Source of the DNA: an uncultured Pseudanabaenaceae cyanobacterium
GTDB lineage: Bacteria; Cyanobacteriota; Cyanobacteriia; PCC-9006; JAAUQQ01
Direction: 5' to 3'
NCBI GenBank assembly: GCA_938002085.1
Contig: CALLAT010000079.1
Span: 945-64,944, forward strand
Length of the DNA stretch: 64,000 nucleotides
Made by a program: the position numbers and the translations under genes
Notes under the pieces: generated by a model
What the model was told of the DNA's origin: nothing
Database searches by the model: none
What the model saw: the letters and a program-made list of their open reading frames with translations, nothing else
Shown: piece by piece, positions 42,054-51,571 of the stretch
Position numbering within the stretch: position 1 is the first letter of the stretch
How the letters are laid out: each line of letters begins with the position of its first letter

Positions 42054-42818
42054 ATGACCGTTTCTGCCCCTCGCTTCGCCACTGTTGACCCCCGCGCGAA
42101 TCCCGCTTTACTGGCCATCTCCAACCTCAGCTATGGCTACCCCGGCTGCGAGCCCATCCTGCGCAGCGTCACCACGCAAATTCACCCCGGCGAACGCATC
42201 GGCCTGATCGGCCCCAATGGCGCAGGTAAAACCACCTTCTTCCATGCTGTCTGCGGTTTATTAGCCCCCACTGGAGGCGAACTCTGGCTGGGCGATCGCC
42301 CCATCCTCCCCCGAGAATTCCGCCCCGAGCTAGGCCTCGTCTTCCAAAATGCCTCGGACCAACTCTTCTCCCTCACCGTCCGCGATGACATCGCCTTTGG
42401 CCCTGTCAACATGGGCCTAGAAGAAGCCGAAGTGGCAGAACGAGTCGAGATGGCTCTACAACTCACCGGCACCACCGCCCTAGCCGATCGTGCTCCTCAT
42501 CACCTCTCCGGGGGGGAACGCCGCATGGTCGCCATTGCCAGTGTGCTAGCCATGGATCCGCAATTCGTCATCTACGACGAGCCAAGTGCCAACCTCGATC
42601 TTCGTGCCAGACGTCGCCTGATCCATTTCCTCCAAGCAGCCGAGCAAACCTTTATGGTGGCTTCCCATGATTTAGAACTGCTGCTGGAAGTTTGCGATCG
42701 CCTCCTGCTACTGGATGAAGGCTACATTCTCGCAGACGGCACTCCCCAAGAAGTTCTGGCTAACGCCGACTTAATGCTCAACCACGGCCTAGAAGTGCCC
42801 AGCCTACTGCGACTTTAG
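42054..42818 (+). CDS. cbiO: ECF transporter ATPase CbiO
   Basis: Walker A GPNGAGKTT, ABC signature LSGGERRMVAIA, Walker B FVIYDEP and an H-loop SHD. I prefer the ATG at 42054 (MTVSAP...). Confidence 0.9.
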   Translation: MTVSAPRFATVDPRANPALLAISNLSYGYPGCEPILRSVTTQIHPGERIGLIGPNGAGKTTFFHAVCGLLAPTGGELWLGDRPILPREFRPELGLVFQNASDQLFSLTVRDDIAFGPVNMGLEEAEVAERVEMALQLTGTTALADRAPHHLSGGERRMVAIASVLAMDPQFVIYDEPSANLDLRARRRLIHFLQAAEQTFMVASHDLELLLEVCDRLLLLDEGYILADGTPQEVLANADLMLNHGLEVPSLLRL

Positions 42819-42894
42819 GGCACTTCTCTGGCATGGCGTTGATTTTATAACGATCCCAAGCTCATTTTGAATCGCGTCAAATTGAACCTAAAGC

Positions 42895-44181
42895 CTATAG
42901 GCTATACAGCTCACCTTTTTCAGGATCAGACCAATCACAGGCCTTTCCCTTTGTCTCCAAGAGATACTGATTCCAAGGTTGAGGTTGAATCGGCATATCG
43001 CTGGAATAGACAATATTAAATAGACCATTTTCCTGAACTCGTCCAATCCGAACCGTTTTTGACAAATGATGATTTTCATTCATCGTGTACAGTCCATTCG
43101 GTGCATCAAAGGTCAAACCATAGGCAGCTTCACGAACGGCATCAATGTCAGTAGTACCAGCTTTTTCCACAGCCATTTTCCACAAATAAACCATGACGTA
43201 AGCTGCTTCCATCGGGTCGTTAGTAACGCGGTCTGTTCCATACTCATCTTTGAATTTAACAACCCATTCCCGATTATCCGGGCTCACTACCGCTTGGAAA
43301 TAATTCCAGGCAGCAAAATGCCCAGCAAGAAATTCAGGTCCAATCTTTTGAACTTCTTCCTCAGCCAACGACACTGACATAACAGGGTATTTATCAGCAT
43401 TCAGCCCAGCAGCTTTGAGTTCCTTGAAAAAGGCAACATTACTATTACCATTCAGAGTATTAAAAATCACTCCACCTTTCGGTAGGGATTTTTTAATACT
43501 CTGAATAATCTGACTCACTTCAGAGCTACCCAATGGGATATAAGCCTCACCAACCGAAGAAGCATCATTGGCTTTTAGTTGAGCCTTAATAATGTCGTTT
43601 GCTGTTCGGGGGAAAACATAATCAGACCCCACTAGAAAGAACTTATTCCCCTTATTCTTCAGCAACCAATCTACAGCAGGTTCAATCTGCTGATTAGGTG
43701 TAGCACCGGTATAAAAGATATTCTTTGAGCATTCCTGTCCTTCATACTGAACGGGATACCATAGCAGGTGATTCTTCGTTTCAAAGGTATCTTTGACCGC
43801 CTTACGACTGGCAGAGGTCCAGCAACCAAATACGGTAGAAACCTTATCTTGGTCAATTAACTTGACCGCTTTGTCCTTGAATGTGGGCCAGTCGGAAGCC
43901 CCATCTTCCTTAACAGCTAAAATCTGCTTACCCAGAACTCCCCCCGAAGCATTGATTTCTCGGATCGCCATTTCTTCAGCATCTACAACAGCAGTCTCAC
44001 TAATTGCCATGGAACCAGTGAGAGAATGCAGAATACCAACCTTGATAACCTCACCACCATTAGAAGCGGCATTGTCACTTGAACCGTCTTCAAAGCGGGT
44101 GGCACAAGATTTAAGCAAAACACTGCCAGCAGCAGCAGAGCTCAGCATAAGGAATTTACGGCGATTGAGAAGATCAGACAT
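42895..44181 (-). CDS. urtA: UrtA-like urea/amide ABC transporter substrate-binding protein (orphan)
   Basis: IKVGILHSLTGSMAISETAVVDAEEMAIREINASGGVLGKQILAVKEDGASDWPTFKDKAVKLIDQDKVSTVFGCWTSASRKAV is very close to the UrtA sequences I recall. The signal MSDLLNRRKFLMLSSAAAGSVLLKSC has a Tat-like motif and a lipobox. There are no urtBCDE genes nearby. Confidence 0.8.
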   Translation of the reverse strand: MSDLLNRRKFLMLSSAAAGSVLLKSCATRFEDGSSDNAASNGGEVIKVGILHSLTGSMAISETAVVDAEEMAIREINASGGVLGKQILAVKEDGASDWPTFKDKAVKLIDQDKVSTVFGCWTSASRKAVKDTFETKNHLLWYPVQYEGQECSKNIFYTGATPNQQIEPAVDWLLKNKGNKFFLVGSDYVFPRTANDIIKAQLKANDASSVGEAYIPLGSSEVSQIIQSIKKSLPKGGVIFNTLNGNSNVAFFKELKAAGLNADKYPVMSVSLAEEEVQKIGPEFLAGHFAAWNYFQAVVSPDNREWVVKFKDEYGTDRVTNDPMEAAYVMVYLWKMAVEKAGTTDIDAVREAAYGLTFDAPNGLYTMNENHHLSKTVRIGRVQENGLFNIVYSSDMPIQPQPWNQYLLETKGKACDWSDPEKGELYSL

Positions 44182-44300
44182 GAGTAATTTTTCGAAGATC
44201 AAATGTCACAACATTGAAAACTTTTATCTCAGTTAGGGAAGTCCCAGAAATAAAATATCCCAACCTTAGTCTCATAGCGCTTGGAATACCTCCCAACAAC

Positions 44301-44424
44301 GCCTGGGGATAAATCCCCAGGCTAAGAGCGAAAGCCCACTAAAGTGGGCTGAGATCCAAGAGTTTAGCGCTTTCAGTCCGTCAAAACGGACTTGAACTTT
44401 GAGCTGTGAACTTTAGCTCACAGC
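44301..44424. other. cluster of four short stem-loops in the intergenic region
   Basis: Four hairpins: 44301-44322 (GCCTGGGGA-TAAA-TCCCCAGGC), 44333-44350 (AGCCCAC-TAAA-GTGGGCT), 44375-44392 (AGTCCGT-CAAA-ACGGACT) and 44403-44424 (GCTGTGA-N8-TCACAGC). Confidence 0.6.
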
Positions 44425-44687
44425 AGCCAGACGAAGCCCAACTGGCAAGGGTTGAATGCAGCTATGCCAGAACTATGTGACCTCGGATGCTTTATTCCTA
44501 GGAAGTCCCTGGTAGGAGCCGAAAATATACGATCTTCTTTCAGCTCACCTTCTGAGCACAATTAAAAGTCTCAAACCAGACGAACGAAGGGCTTAGCGAT
44601 AGAGTTATACCGCAAATATAGCTGTCGAATCGCTGGCACTCGGGCCAAGCTTCCTAATCCCTGCCTGAGTACCAGCGCTAGTTCAGC

Positions 44688-45785
44688 CTACTTAGCCGCA
44701 ACTTCACTCGCCGCATTCACGGCATCGCTGTACAGCGCACCTTTATAGATCTCCAGCTCAGGCGCAGCCTCAATGGCACCCTGGGTCACCATAAATTCAG
44801 CAGACTCCTTAAGCACCTTAGCCAAAGAACCAGGCTTATCAGCAGTGCCCAAATACTTGGGGCTAGCCTGCTCTTCAGCACTCAGCCAAACCAGCTCATC
44901 CATGGCAGCCAAGGTCTTCTCAGCATCCAGACCCAGCTCACCGGAGATAGCCGCTGCCGCCGCTTCGGGCTCAGCGCGATACATCTCAACAGCCTCGTCC
45001 AGCGCGGAGACGTACTGCGCCATTGCACCAGGGTACTGGCTCGCGAATTCCTTATTCACCACAGCCAAATCTGCAGTAATGATGCCCTCTTCAGCCAGCT
45101 GCTTCGCAGAAGTCAGCATGATGCCGTTGTTGTCGAGCATCTTACCCAAGGTGGGGTGCCAGATGAAGCCGCCGTCAATCTCGCCGCTTTCCCAAGCCGC
45201 CAAGGTTTCGTCGGGAGTCATGTCCACAACGTTGACTTCGCTGACATCAATGCCATTGTTCTCCAATGCAGAGAGCAAGCTGAAGTGAGTGGTGGAGCCA
45301 AAGGGCACAGCAATTTTCTTGCCCTTAATATCTTCCAGGCGAATGATGCCGGAGTCCGTGCGAACTGCTAAGGCTTCGTTATCACCAATCAAATCGTGAA
45401 TGAAGTAGACCTGGTAAGGCAAGTCCGTCGCAATACCCGTGGACACAGGCACAGAACCTGCCAAGCCAGCATCCAGCTCACCCGCTGCCATGGCCTTGTT
45501 CACATCACCACCAGAGCTGTACTTAATCCAGCTAATCTTGGTGTCAGGCAAGTTCTCTTCAACCAAACCTTCAGCCTTCGCCAGCAGCTCAGCATTGGGC
45601 ACAACCTGGTAGCCAATGCGGATTTCTTCAGGCATGGTGCCAGTGTTAGCAGCACCAGAAGACGTCTCTGTGCCATTGGGAGCACAAGCACTGAAAGTTA
45701 ATGCCATCCCAACACCGGCCAAGCCGAGGAGAGTATTGAACTTTCTGCGGCTGACGGACTGGAAACGAAACTTGTTCGAGAGCAT
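44688..45785 (-). CDS. NitT/TauT-family ABC substrate-binding protein (taurine/aliphatic sulfonate type), orphan
   Basis: A Tat-like/lipoprotein signal (SRRKFNTLLGLAGVGMALTFSAC), IRIGYQVVPNAELLAK and an overall NMT1/TauA-like pattern. There are no permease or ATPase genes adjacent. Confidence 0.75.
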   Translation of the reverse strand: MLSNKFRFQSVSRRKFNTLLGLAGVGMALTFSACAPNGTETSSGAANTGTMPEEIRIGYQVVPNAELLAKAEGLVEENLPDTKISWIKYSSGGDVNKAMAAGELDAGLAGSVPVSTGIATDLPYQVYFIHDLIGDNEALAVRTDSGIIRLEDIKGKKIAVPFGSTTHFSLLSALENNGIDVSEVNVVDMTPDETLAAWESGEIDGGFIWHPTLGKMLDNNGIMLTSAKQLAEEGIITADLAVVNKEFASQYPGAMAQYVSALDEAVEMYRAEPEAAAAAISGELGLDAEKTLAAMDELVWLSAEEQASPKYLGTADKPGSLAKVLKESAEFMVTQGAIEAAPELEIYKGALYSDAVNAASEVAAK

Positions 45786-46145
45786 GCGGAATATTCCTCA
45801 CCTTTAGTAGGCTAAATGAGTCGTCAAGCGACCATTGAATCGCTGGCGATCGCACCAATCCAGGATTCGTTCAGACTTAGAGTTCCCAATCCCTGGCCAG
45901 AAAAAACGAATGCGGCAATTCATCATGCTTTATCGCAAATTTAGACCTACATTTATTTGATTTCACGCTTTTTCAACCTGAAAATATCAAAATGCTCCTG
46001 TTGTTCTCAGTAGTCATCGGGGCATGCTAAGGAGGTGCTGCAAAGATAATCCAGTCAACTGCTGAAGTGATATTTCGGAAGGCATCTCAAACTTGAATGC
46101 CGCACCAGAATCCCCTCGGCCTTATGTCACATTGAGAAGCTCGAT

Positions 46146-47339
46146 ATGGTCAATACATTTAGCGGAATAGAACAGTGCCGCAGCCTTGCGCAAGCTGATA
46201 AGCATGGTTTCTTGCAGGTTACCCATAATGGTGTGACTTGGAAGGTCTTTGTCAGCCAAGGAAAGCTCTGCTATGCCCACCACTCAGTTCAAACCTTAGA
46301 TACGCTCAATTACCATCTGGCTCAGTTGGGTCATGAGGCCATTAACCAGCTTGCAGCTGACATGGACAGCATGAACCCAGGCTCCTGGGGCAAGTTGAAT
46401 GCCACGGTAGAACATCTCCATCAGCAGGGGAAACTGGATGCAGCGGGTCGCACCAACCTCAAGAACGCGATCGCAAAAGAGGCCCTCGAAACCCTACTCT
46501 GGCTTCCCGCAGGCAATGCAGAATGGCATGACCTGGCCAATGTCGCCGTCTCTGAGGACATGCCCGAACTGTCCCCAGTGCTCGACGAGCTAGACATCCG
46601 TCTTCAGTCTTGGCAAAAGTTGACTCCCCATATCGAGTCTCCCCATCAGCAACCCTATTGCCCAGACACCAATCAGCTCAGCCAAACCGTCGCCAACGGC
46701 ATGCTGAACCCAGGTTTGCTATCCATGCTGGCCAAGCTGATGCAGAACAAAAGCATTGGCGAGCTATCCATCTTCTTGAAGCAGGATCGCTTGAAGGTGG
46801 CTCAGCTCCTGTCTCCCTACATTCAGAGCGGGGTAATTCAGCTGCGCGATGCGGCCGCACCTCTTAACCAACTACCCAATATTCCAGCTTTAGCTGCCAC
46901 AGCTTCGGTTTCCGCTCCCCAGGGCGCGATCAGTGCCCCTGCAAACGGCGGCTCAGCCAAACGCCAGAAGATTGTTTGCATTGACGATAGCCCCGCCATG
47001 CTGGAAACCATTGAGGGCTATTTGGGCTCTGAGGGCTTCGATGTAGCCACGGTGGAAAATCCGATGGAATCGCTTTCCACCATGTTTGCGATGAAACCCG
47101 ACTTGATCCTCATGGATGTTTCCATGCCAGGCATCAATGGAAACCGTCTCTGCCAAATCCTCAAGCGAAGCTCTGTTTTCAAAGAGGTTCCTATCATTAT
47201 GGTCAGTGGAAATACGGGAGCATTAGACAAAGCCAAGGCTGAGTCTTCTGGCGCCACCGACTACCTCACGAAACCATTTTCGAAAGAAGATTTAGTCGCG
47301 ATTGTGGAGACCCACCTAAAGACGGCGATCGCCTCTTAG
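46146..47339 (+). CDS. PatA-type response regulator (PATAN + REC), PilG/PixG-like first gene of the chemosensory cluster
   Basis: PATAN-like N-terminus (GFLQVTHNGVTWKVFVSQGKLCYAHH) and a C-terminal REC domain (KIVCIDDSP...PDLILMDVSMPGINGNRLC...PIIMVSGN...TKPF). Confidence 0.85.
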   Translation: MVNTFSGIEQCRSLAQADKHGFLQVTHNGVTWKVFVSQGKLCYAHHSVQTLDTLNYHLAQLGHEAINQLAADMDSMNPGSWGKLNATVEHLHQQGKLDAAGRTNLKNAIAKEALETLLWLPAGNAEWHDLANVAVSEDMPELSPVLDELDIRLQSWQKLTPHIESPHQQPYCPDTNQLSQTVANGMLNPGLLSMLAKLMQNKSIGELSIFLKQDRLKVAQLLSPYIQSGVIQLRDAAAPLNQLPNIPALAATASVSAPQGAISAPANGGSAKRQKIVCIDDSPAMLETIEGYLGSEGFDVATVENPMESLSTMFAMKPDLILMDVSMPGINGNRLCQILKRSSVFKEVPIIMVSGNTGALDKAKAESSGATDYLTKPFSKEDLVAIVETHLKTAIAS

Positions 47340-47633
47340 CAGAGCATTCATCGGAATAATGGTTTCTAGACAAATGATGAACCATTCCCTCTGTTGGGCT
47401 TACTAAGGGCAATTAGTACCGCTGAAGTTAATCCTTAACCTGCCTGTTTAGGCAGGGACCTTCAAGCTTTCGAGCTGAGGGATACGCCCAAAAACGGCTA
47501 AAAAGCAGAGGGTTAGCCCTTCTGCGATTAAGCCAGCACAAAGTCAGAGTTGAAGAAGGTCCATCGTCTAGATTTCTCCTCACTCCCATTTTGTTTCTAA
47601 CCAACCATCAAATATATTTAGGACTCGTAAATC

Positions 47634-47999
47634 ATGGCTAAAACAGTATTGGTTGTGGACGACATGGATTCCCAACGCCAACTGATGTCTAATTTTTTGG
47701 TGCGTGCTGGCTATGACGTCACCACTGCTGAGAGCGGTGCAGACGCACTGGAAAAGGTCAAAGTCAGCCAACCCGACATCGTCGTCACCGATTTGGTCAT
47801 GCCTGAGGTGACAGGTTTGGAACTCTGTCGCGAGCTTAAGCGTGAGCCTGCCACTGCAGAAATTCCTGTGATTGCTTGCACCACAAAAGACCGCAAGATC
47901 GACCAAAACTGGGCTAAGAAGCAAGGTGTTTCGGCTTATGTGATTAAGCCCTTCACCGAAGATCAGTTGATCAGTGCTGTGCAATCCGTTGCAGCTTAA
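47634..47999 (+). CDS. cheY: CheY-like single-domain response regulator (PilH/PixH-like)
   Basis: A 121-aa receiver: VLVVDD, PDIVVTDLVMPEVTG, IACTTK, KPF. Confidence 0.9.
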   Translation: MAKTVLVVDDMDSQRQLMSNFLVRAGYDVTTAESGADALEKVKVSQPDIVVTDLVMPEVTGLELCRELKREPATAEIPVIACTTKDRKIDQNWAKKQGVSAYVIKPFTEDQLISAVQSVAA

Positions 48000-48016
48000 T
48001 AACTGAACTGTCGTTC

Positions 48017-48044
48017 CGGACGTAGGTCCTTCGCTCTACGTCCG
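48017..48044 (+). terminator. hairpin after the CheY-like gene (weak terminator or attenuator)
   Basis: A 9-bp stem CGGACGTAG / CTACGTCCG with a 10-nt loop. The downstream T tract is poor. Confidence 0.3.
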
Positions 48045-48256
48045 AACTTCTTGTATCTCTTGAACGCAATGACCGCCATCTCATGCTGAATCGCCTCTCA
48101 ATGTGACCGTTCAGCCATGGGCGAATAACCCTCGCAATGTTTGCCAACGCGACCCGTTGTGAGCTGACCTATTTAGCGATCCGCTGTGGGGACTAGCCCT
48201 CATCGAGCGACAACAGCAAGAAGCCAGTCTTCTCCTAGGAGAAACGTTTTAACCCC

Positions 48257-48838
48257 ATGCAAACTCCACTCCAGGCCCGCTCCTCCCTAGATCGACTCCA
48301 GTCGCTTCTTCCCGAGGTATTTACGCCCAAAAGCAGAACCGGTGAGCTATTCCTCAGGTTTCAGCTGGGTAACAACATCAACGCAGCCATTTCCCTCGAA
48401 CGGATTGTGGAAACCCTGCGCATTCCCGCCCAAAGAATCACCCCCATGCCCAATATGCCGGCCTGCACCCTAGGCCTGCTGGAAAACCAAGGCAAGGTGT
48501 TCTGGGCAGTGGACTTGGCAAAGGCATTAGGCCTGAACCAGGGCGCAACCCGCACCCGTGAGTACGAAATTATTATCGTTGAGGCCTTGCCTCTAGATAA
48601 CTCCACCACGGCTGCCGCCAATTTCGCCAATGGAGAAACGCTGCTGCTGGGTCTGGTGGTGGCAAAAATCCGCAGTACCCTGCGTCTCCAATCCGATGAG
48701 ATTGAGAAGACGGTTCCACTCAAAGACCTCTCGGTGCTAGAAGCCTATGTCCAGGGCAGCTTTCACCGAGATGGTGATGAGACCTTAATTCTGAGTGTTG
48801 AGGCTCTCTCCAATGCCAAGGGCTTGTACGGCGATTAA
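48257..48838 (+). CDS. cheW: CheW-like coupling protein (PilI/PixI-like)
   Basis: A 193-aa protein with CheW domain features (FLRFQLGNNINAAISLERIVETLRIP...ITPMPNMPACTLGLLENQGKVFWAVDL). It sits between the CheY-like and MCP genes. Confidence 0.8.
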   Translation: MQTPLQARSSLDRLQSLLPEVFTPKSRTGELFLRFQLGNNINAAISLERIVETLRIPAQRITPMPNMPACTLGLLENQGKVFWAVDLAKALGLNQGATRTREYEIIIVEALPLDNSTTAAANFANGETLLLGLVVAKIRSTLRLQSDEIEKTVPLKDLSVLEAYVQGSFHRDGDETLILSVEALSNAKGLYGD

Positions 48839-48930
48839 CAAGCCCTCGCAGCAACAGCTGACCTCGCTCAGCAGTGCATTGCTCTAGTTCCGCATTTCTT
48901 CACTCGCTTCAAACCTTCTAATTTCTTCCC

Positions 48931-51465
48931 ATGGCTCCTTCTGATCTTTCCTCCACCGAAAACCTATCCTCCACTGAGGTTCCATCATCCACAGAAGCAT
49001 TGGATGACTTCGCAGCCCAGGTACCTCAACCTTCCCTAGAGGGCTCCATGCTGGAGAGTCGCACCTTTGCGCCGAAGAAGAGTGCCACCCTTGTACAGCG
49101 GCTGCTGACGGTTGTACTGCCGACGGCACTAGTTCCCCTGTTGGCAGCGGGTGGCTTTGAATTCTTTACCGTTCAACGTAAGTCTCAGCAAGAATCCTTA
49201 ACAGCGCTGGAGTTGGAATCTCTGCTTGCTGCTGAAACAACCACAAACTATCTCAAGGACCTGGAAAAACTGCCTGAGACGGTAACTTTAAGTCCTCTGA
49301 TGCAGCAACAGCTACGGGCTGCTGGGGAAAAGGCCAAGGAGGATGGCCTACATATTGAACCTATTGAGGAGGTGGAGAAGAAGTTTGCCAGCACCAAACT
49401 GTTCGACAAAAATGACAAGCTAAATAAGTACCTCTTAGACGTTGCAAGGGTCGAAGGCTTCTCGGAAATGTTCCTAACCGAGCGTCACGGCTTCAATATT
49501 GCTTTTAGCCACCCCACCTCTGACTTTGTCCAGCGGGATGAAAGCTGGTGGCAAATTGCCAGCCAAGAAGATGTATATGTTGGATCACCCGAATTTGATG
49601 AATCCACGGGCGTCACAGGTATCACTATCTCCCAGATTATCAAAGACGTTGACAGCGACGACTTCTTAGGCGTGATTAAATCCTTGGTGACCACGGAAGA
49701 CCTCGAGCAACGCCTGCTTGAAATTAATCAGGGTGAGTTGTCTTTGGCTGAGGGTCTGCAACTGTGGGACGTCCGCTCCGGTGACCGGGTTGTGACCTTC
49801 ACTAGCAGTGATGGTGAGCCAGCGGACAACAGCGATGCAGCCCAAGGGGATGGGGAAACGCCTGCGGTGGCTAATGCGGCGCCCGTTGGTAACGAGAAAA
49901 TCCAAACAATATTGGACAACGAAACGGTTCAGAACATTTCCCGTGCTTTGGACAAAGCACTGATTAATCCTGACCAGCCTATTGAAGATGTCGAAGCCTC
50001 GATTGAGAACGAGACGGGTATCGTCAATAGTGAGCTTGAGTTGGAAGTTACACGCCTCAGCAATCCGACAGGCGATCCGATTTTTTCTGCCTTGGTGAGG
50101 CTTGATGGTCACTATGTCAGCATCCATACAGTCCCAGGGACCCACTGGGTCGCCATCGATGCCCTAAGAGAAGAATTGATTAACGCGGAAGCCTATGAGC
50201 TGTTGCAGGTCTTTGCCCTCACCACCCTAATCTTGGCTATTGCGGCAACCGTCGTACTGAACTGGCTGGCGCGACGCCTAGCTGCTCCTCTCAACTCTCT
50301 GACTGAAGTGGCTGAGGCTGCCACCGATGGTCAACTAGATGCCCGAGCCAAGCTGGAAGGTACGATTGAGACCCAAAAGCTGGGTGCTGGCTTTAATACC
50401 CTGCTCGCCCAAACTCAAACGCTGCTAAAGGAACAGTCTGAGAGTGCTGCCGCGCAGGAGCGTCAGCGTCAAGCCCTGGAAAATGAAATTGCTGACCTGA
50501 TGGAAGACGTAGGCGATGCTGCAGAGGGTGACCTACGGGTTCGCGCCAAACTGTCCGAGGGTGACGTGGGCATTGTGGCTGACTTGTTCAACTCGGTTAT
50601 TGAGAACCTGCGAATTACAACCCAGCAGGTAAAGGACTCTACCGGCAAGGTAAGCACCTCACTACTCGCCAACGAAGCCACCGTCCTAGACCTATCCGCC
50701 CAGGCTGTGGAAGAGGCAGAATCGCTCAAGGACACCATGGAAGCTGTGGAAGATATTGCCAAGTCCATTGACGAGGTAGCCGCCAACGCGACCCAGGCTT
50801 CTGCCCTGACCCAAGATACCTTTGCCACGGTTCAGGCCGGTACGGACTCCATGGACCAAACGGTGGAAAGTATTCTAGGCCTACGCTCCACTGTGGGCGA
50901 GACCGCGAAGAAGATTAAGCGACTGGGTGAATCTGCCCAGAAGATTTCCCAGGCGGTTAGCTTGATTGACGAGATTGCGCTGAAGACCAACCTACTGGCT
51001 GTAAACGCCAGTGTGGAGGCCGCCCGAGCTGGCGAGATGGGTCAAGGCTTTACGGCGGTTGCTGAGCAGGTCGGTTCTCTGGCTGAACAATCTGCGGCTG
51101 CGACCAAGGAAATTGCTCAAATTGTCTCGGGTATTCAAACCGAAACCCAAGAGGTGGTCGAGGCCATTGAAACCGGTACCGCTCAGGTGGTTGACTCCAC
51201 CAGCTTGGTGGAAGCCACGAAGACCAGACTGGCTGAGGTGCTGCTCAAGTCCGAGCAAATTAACCAGCTGATGAACCAAATTTCAGCTTCGGCTCAATAC
51301 CAGACCGAGTCTTCTGCGGCGGTTACCGACCTGGTGAAGGAAGCAGCCGAAGGTTCTGCTCAACGCTCGCAGTCCTCCCAGCAAATGGCGAAGTCGATTC
51401 AAGAAACTGCGCAGATTGCGAAGGCTCTGGAAGCTTCTGTAGAGCAGTTCAAGCTCGAAGACTAG
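48931..51465 (+). CDS. methyl-accepting chemotaxis protein with a large Cache-like periplasmic domain (PilJ-like)
   Basis: Two TM helices flank a ~370-aa loop with Cache-like motifs (LTERHGFNIAFSHPTSDFVQRDESWWQIA...VGSPEFDESTGVTGITISQII). A HAMP domain and the MCP signalling hairpin (IDEIALKTNLLAVNASVEAARAGEMGQGFTAVAEQV) follow. Confidence 0.9.
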   Translation: MAPSDLSSTENLSSTEVPSSTEALDDFAAQVPQPSLEGSMLESRTFAPKKSATLVQRLLTVVLPTALVPLLAAGGFEFFTVQRKSQQESLTALELESLLAAETTTNYLKDLEKLPETVTLSPLMQQQLRAAGEKAKEDGLHIEPIEEVEKKFASTKLFDKNDKLNKYLLDVARVEGFSEMFLTERHGFNIAFSHPTSDFVQRDESWWQIASQEDVYVGSPEFDESTGVTGITISQIIKDVDSDDFLGVIKSLVTTEDLEQRLLEINQGELSLAEGLQLWDVRSGDRVVTFTSSDGEPADNSDAAQGDGETPAVANAAPVGNEKIQTILDNETVQNISRALDKALINPDQPIEDVEASIENETGIVNSELELEVTRLSNPTGDPIFSALVRLDGHYVSIHTVPGTHWVAIDALREELINAEAYELLQVFALTTLILAIAATVVLNWLARRLAAPLNSLTEVAEAATDGQLDARAKLEGTIETQKLGAGFNTLLAQTQTLLKEQSESAAAQERQRQALENEIADLMEDVGDAAEGDLRVRAKLSEGDVGIVADLFNSVIENLRITTQQVKDSTGKVSTSLLANEATVLDLSAQAVEEAESLKDTMEAVEDIAKSIDEVAANATQASALTQDTFATVQAGTDSMDQTVESILGLRSTVGETAKKIKRLGESAQKISQAVSLIDEIALKTNLLAVNASVEAARAGEMGQGFTAVAEQVGSLAEQSAAATKEIAQIVSGIQTETQEVVEAIETGTAQVVDSTSLVEATKTRLAEVLLKSEQINQLMNQISASAQYQTESSAAVTDLVKEAAEGSAQRSQSSQQMAKSIQETAQIAKALEASVEQFKLED

Positions 51466-51571
51466 TTCGGCTTTTTTAGGATGGGGGTTGGCTGGGATGT
51501 TCCGGCCCCCCATGCAGCACACAGTTATTCTCGCCCTTTCACCGTCTTGAGTTCCGTATAAGCGCCACACC

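Noticed and set aside
44627-45847. The 11-nt direct repeat GAATCGCTGGC, present just downstream (44627-44637) and just upstream (45837-45847) of the TauA-like gene.
   Set aside because: An 11-mer match between two ~400-bp intergenic regions has a chance probability of a few percent. There is no further similarity around it and no mobility gene, so the evidence for a cassette boundary is insufficient.
47580-47984. A 134-aa minus-strand ORF overlapping the CheY-like gene.
   Set aside because: The + strand frame has the complete receiver-domain signature (DD, D, T, K). The antisense frame has none.
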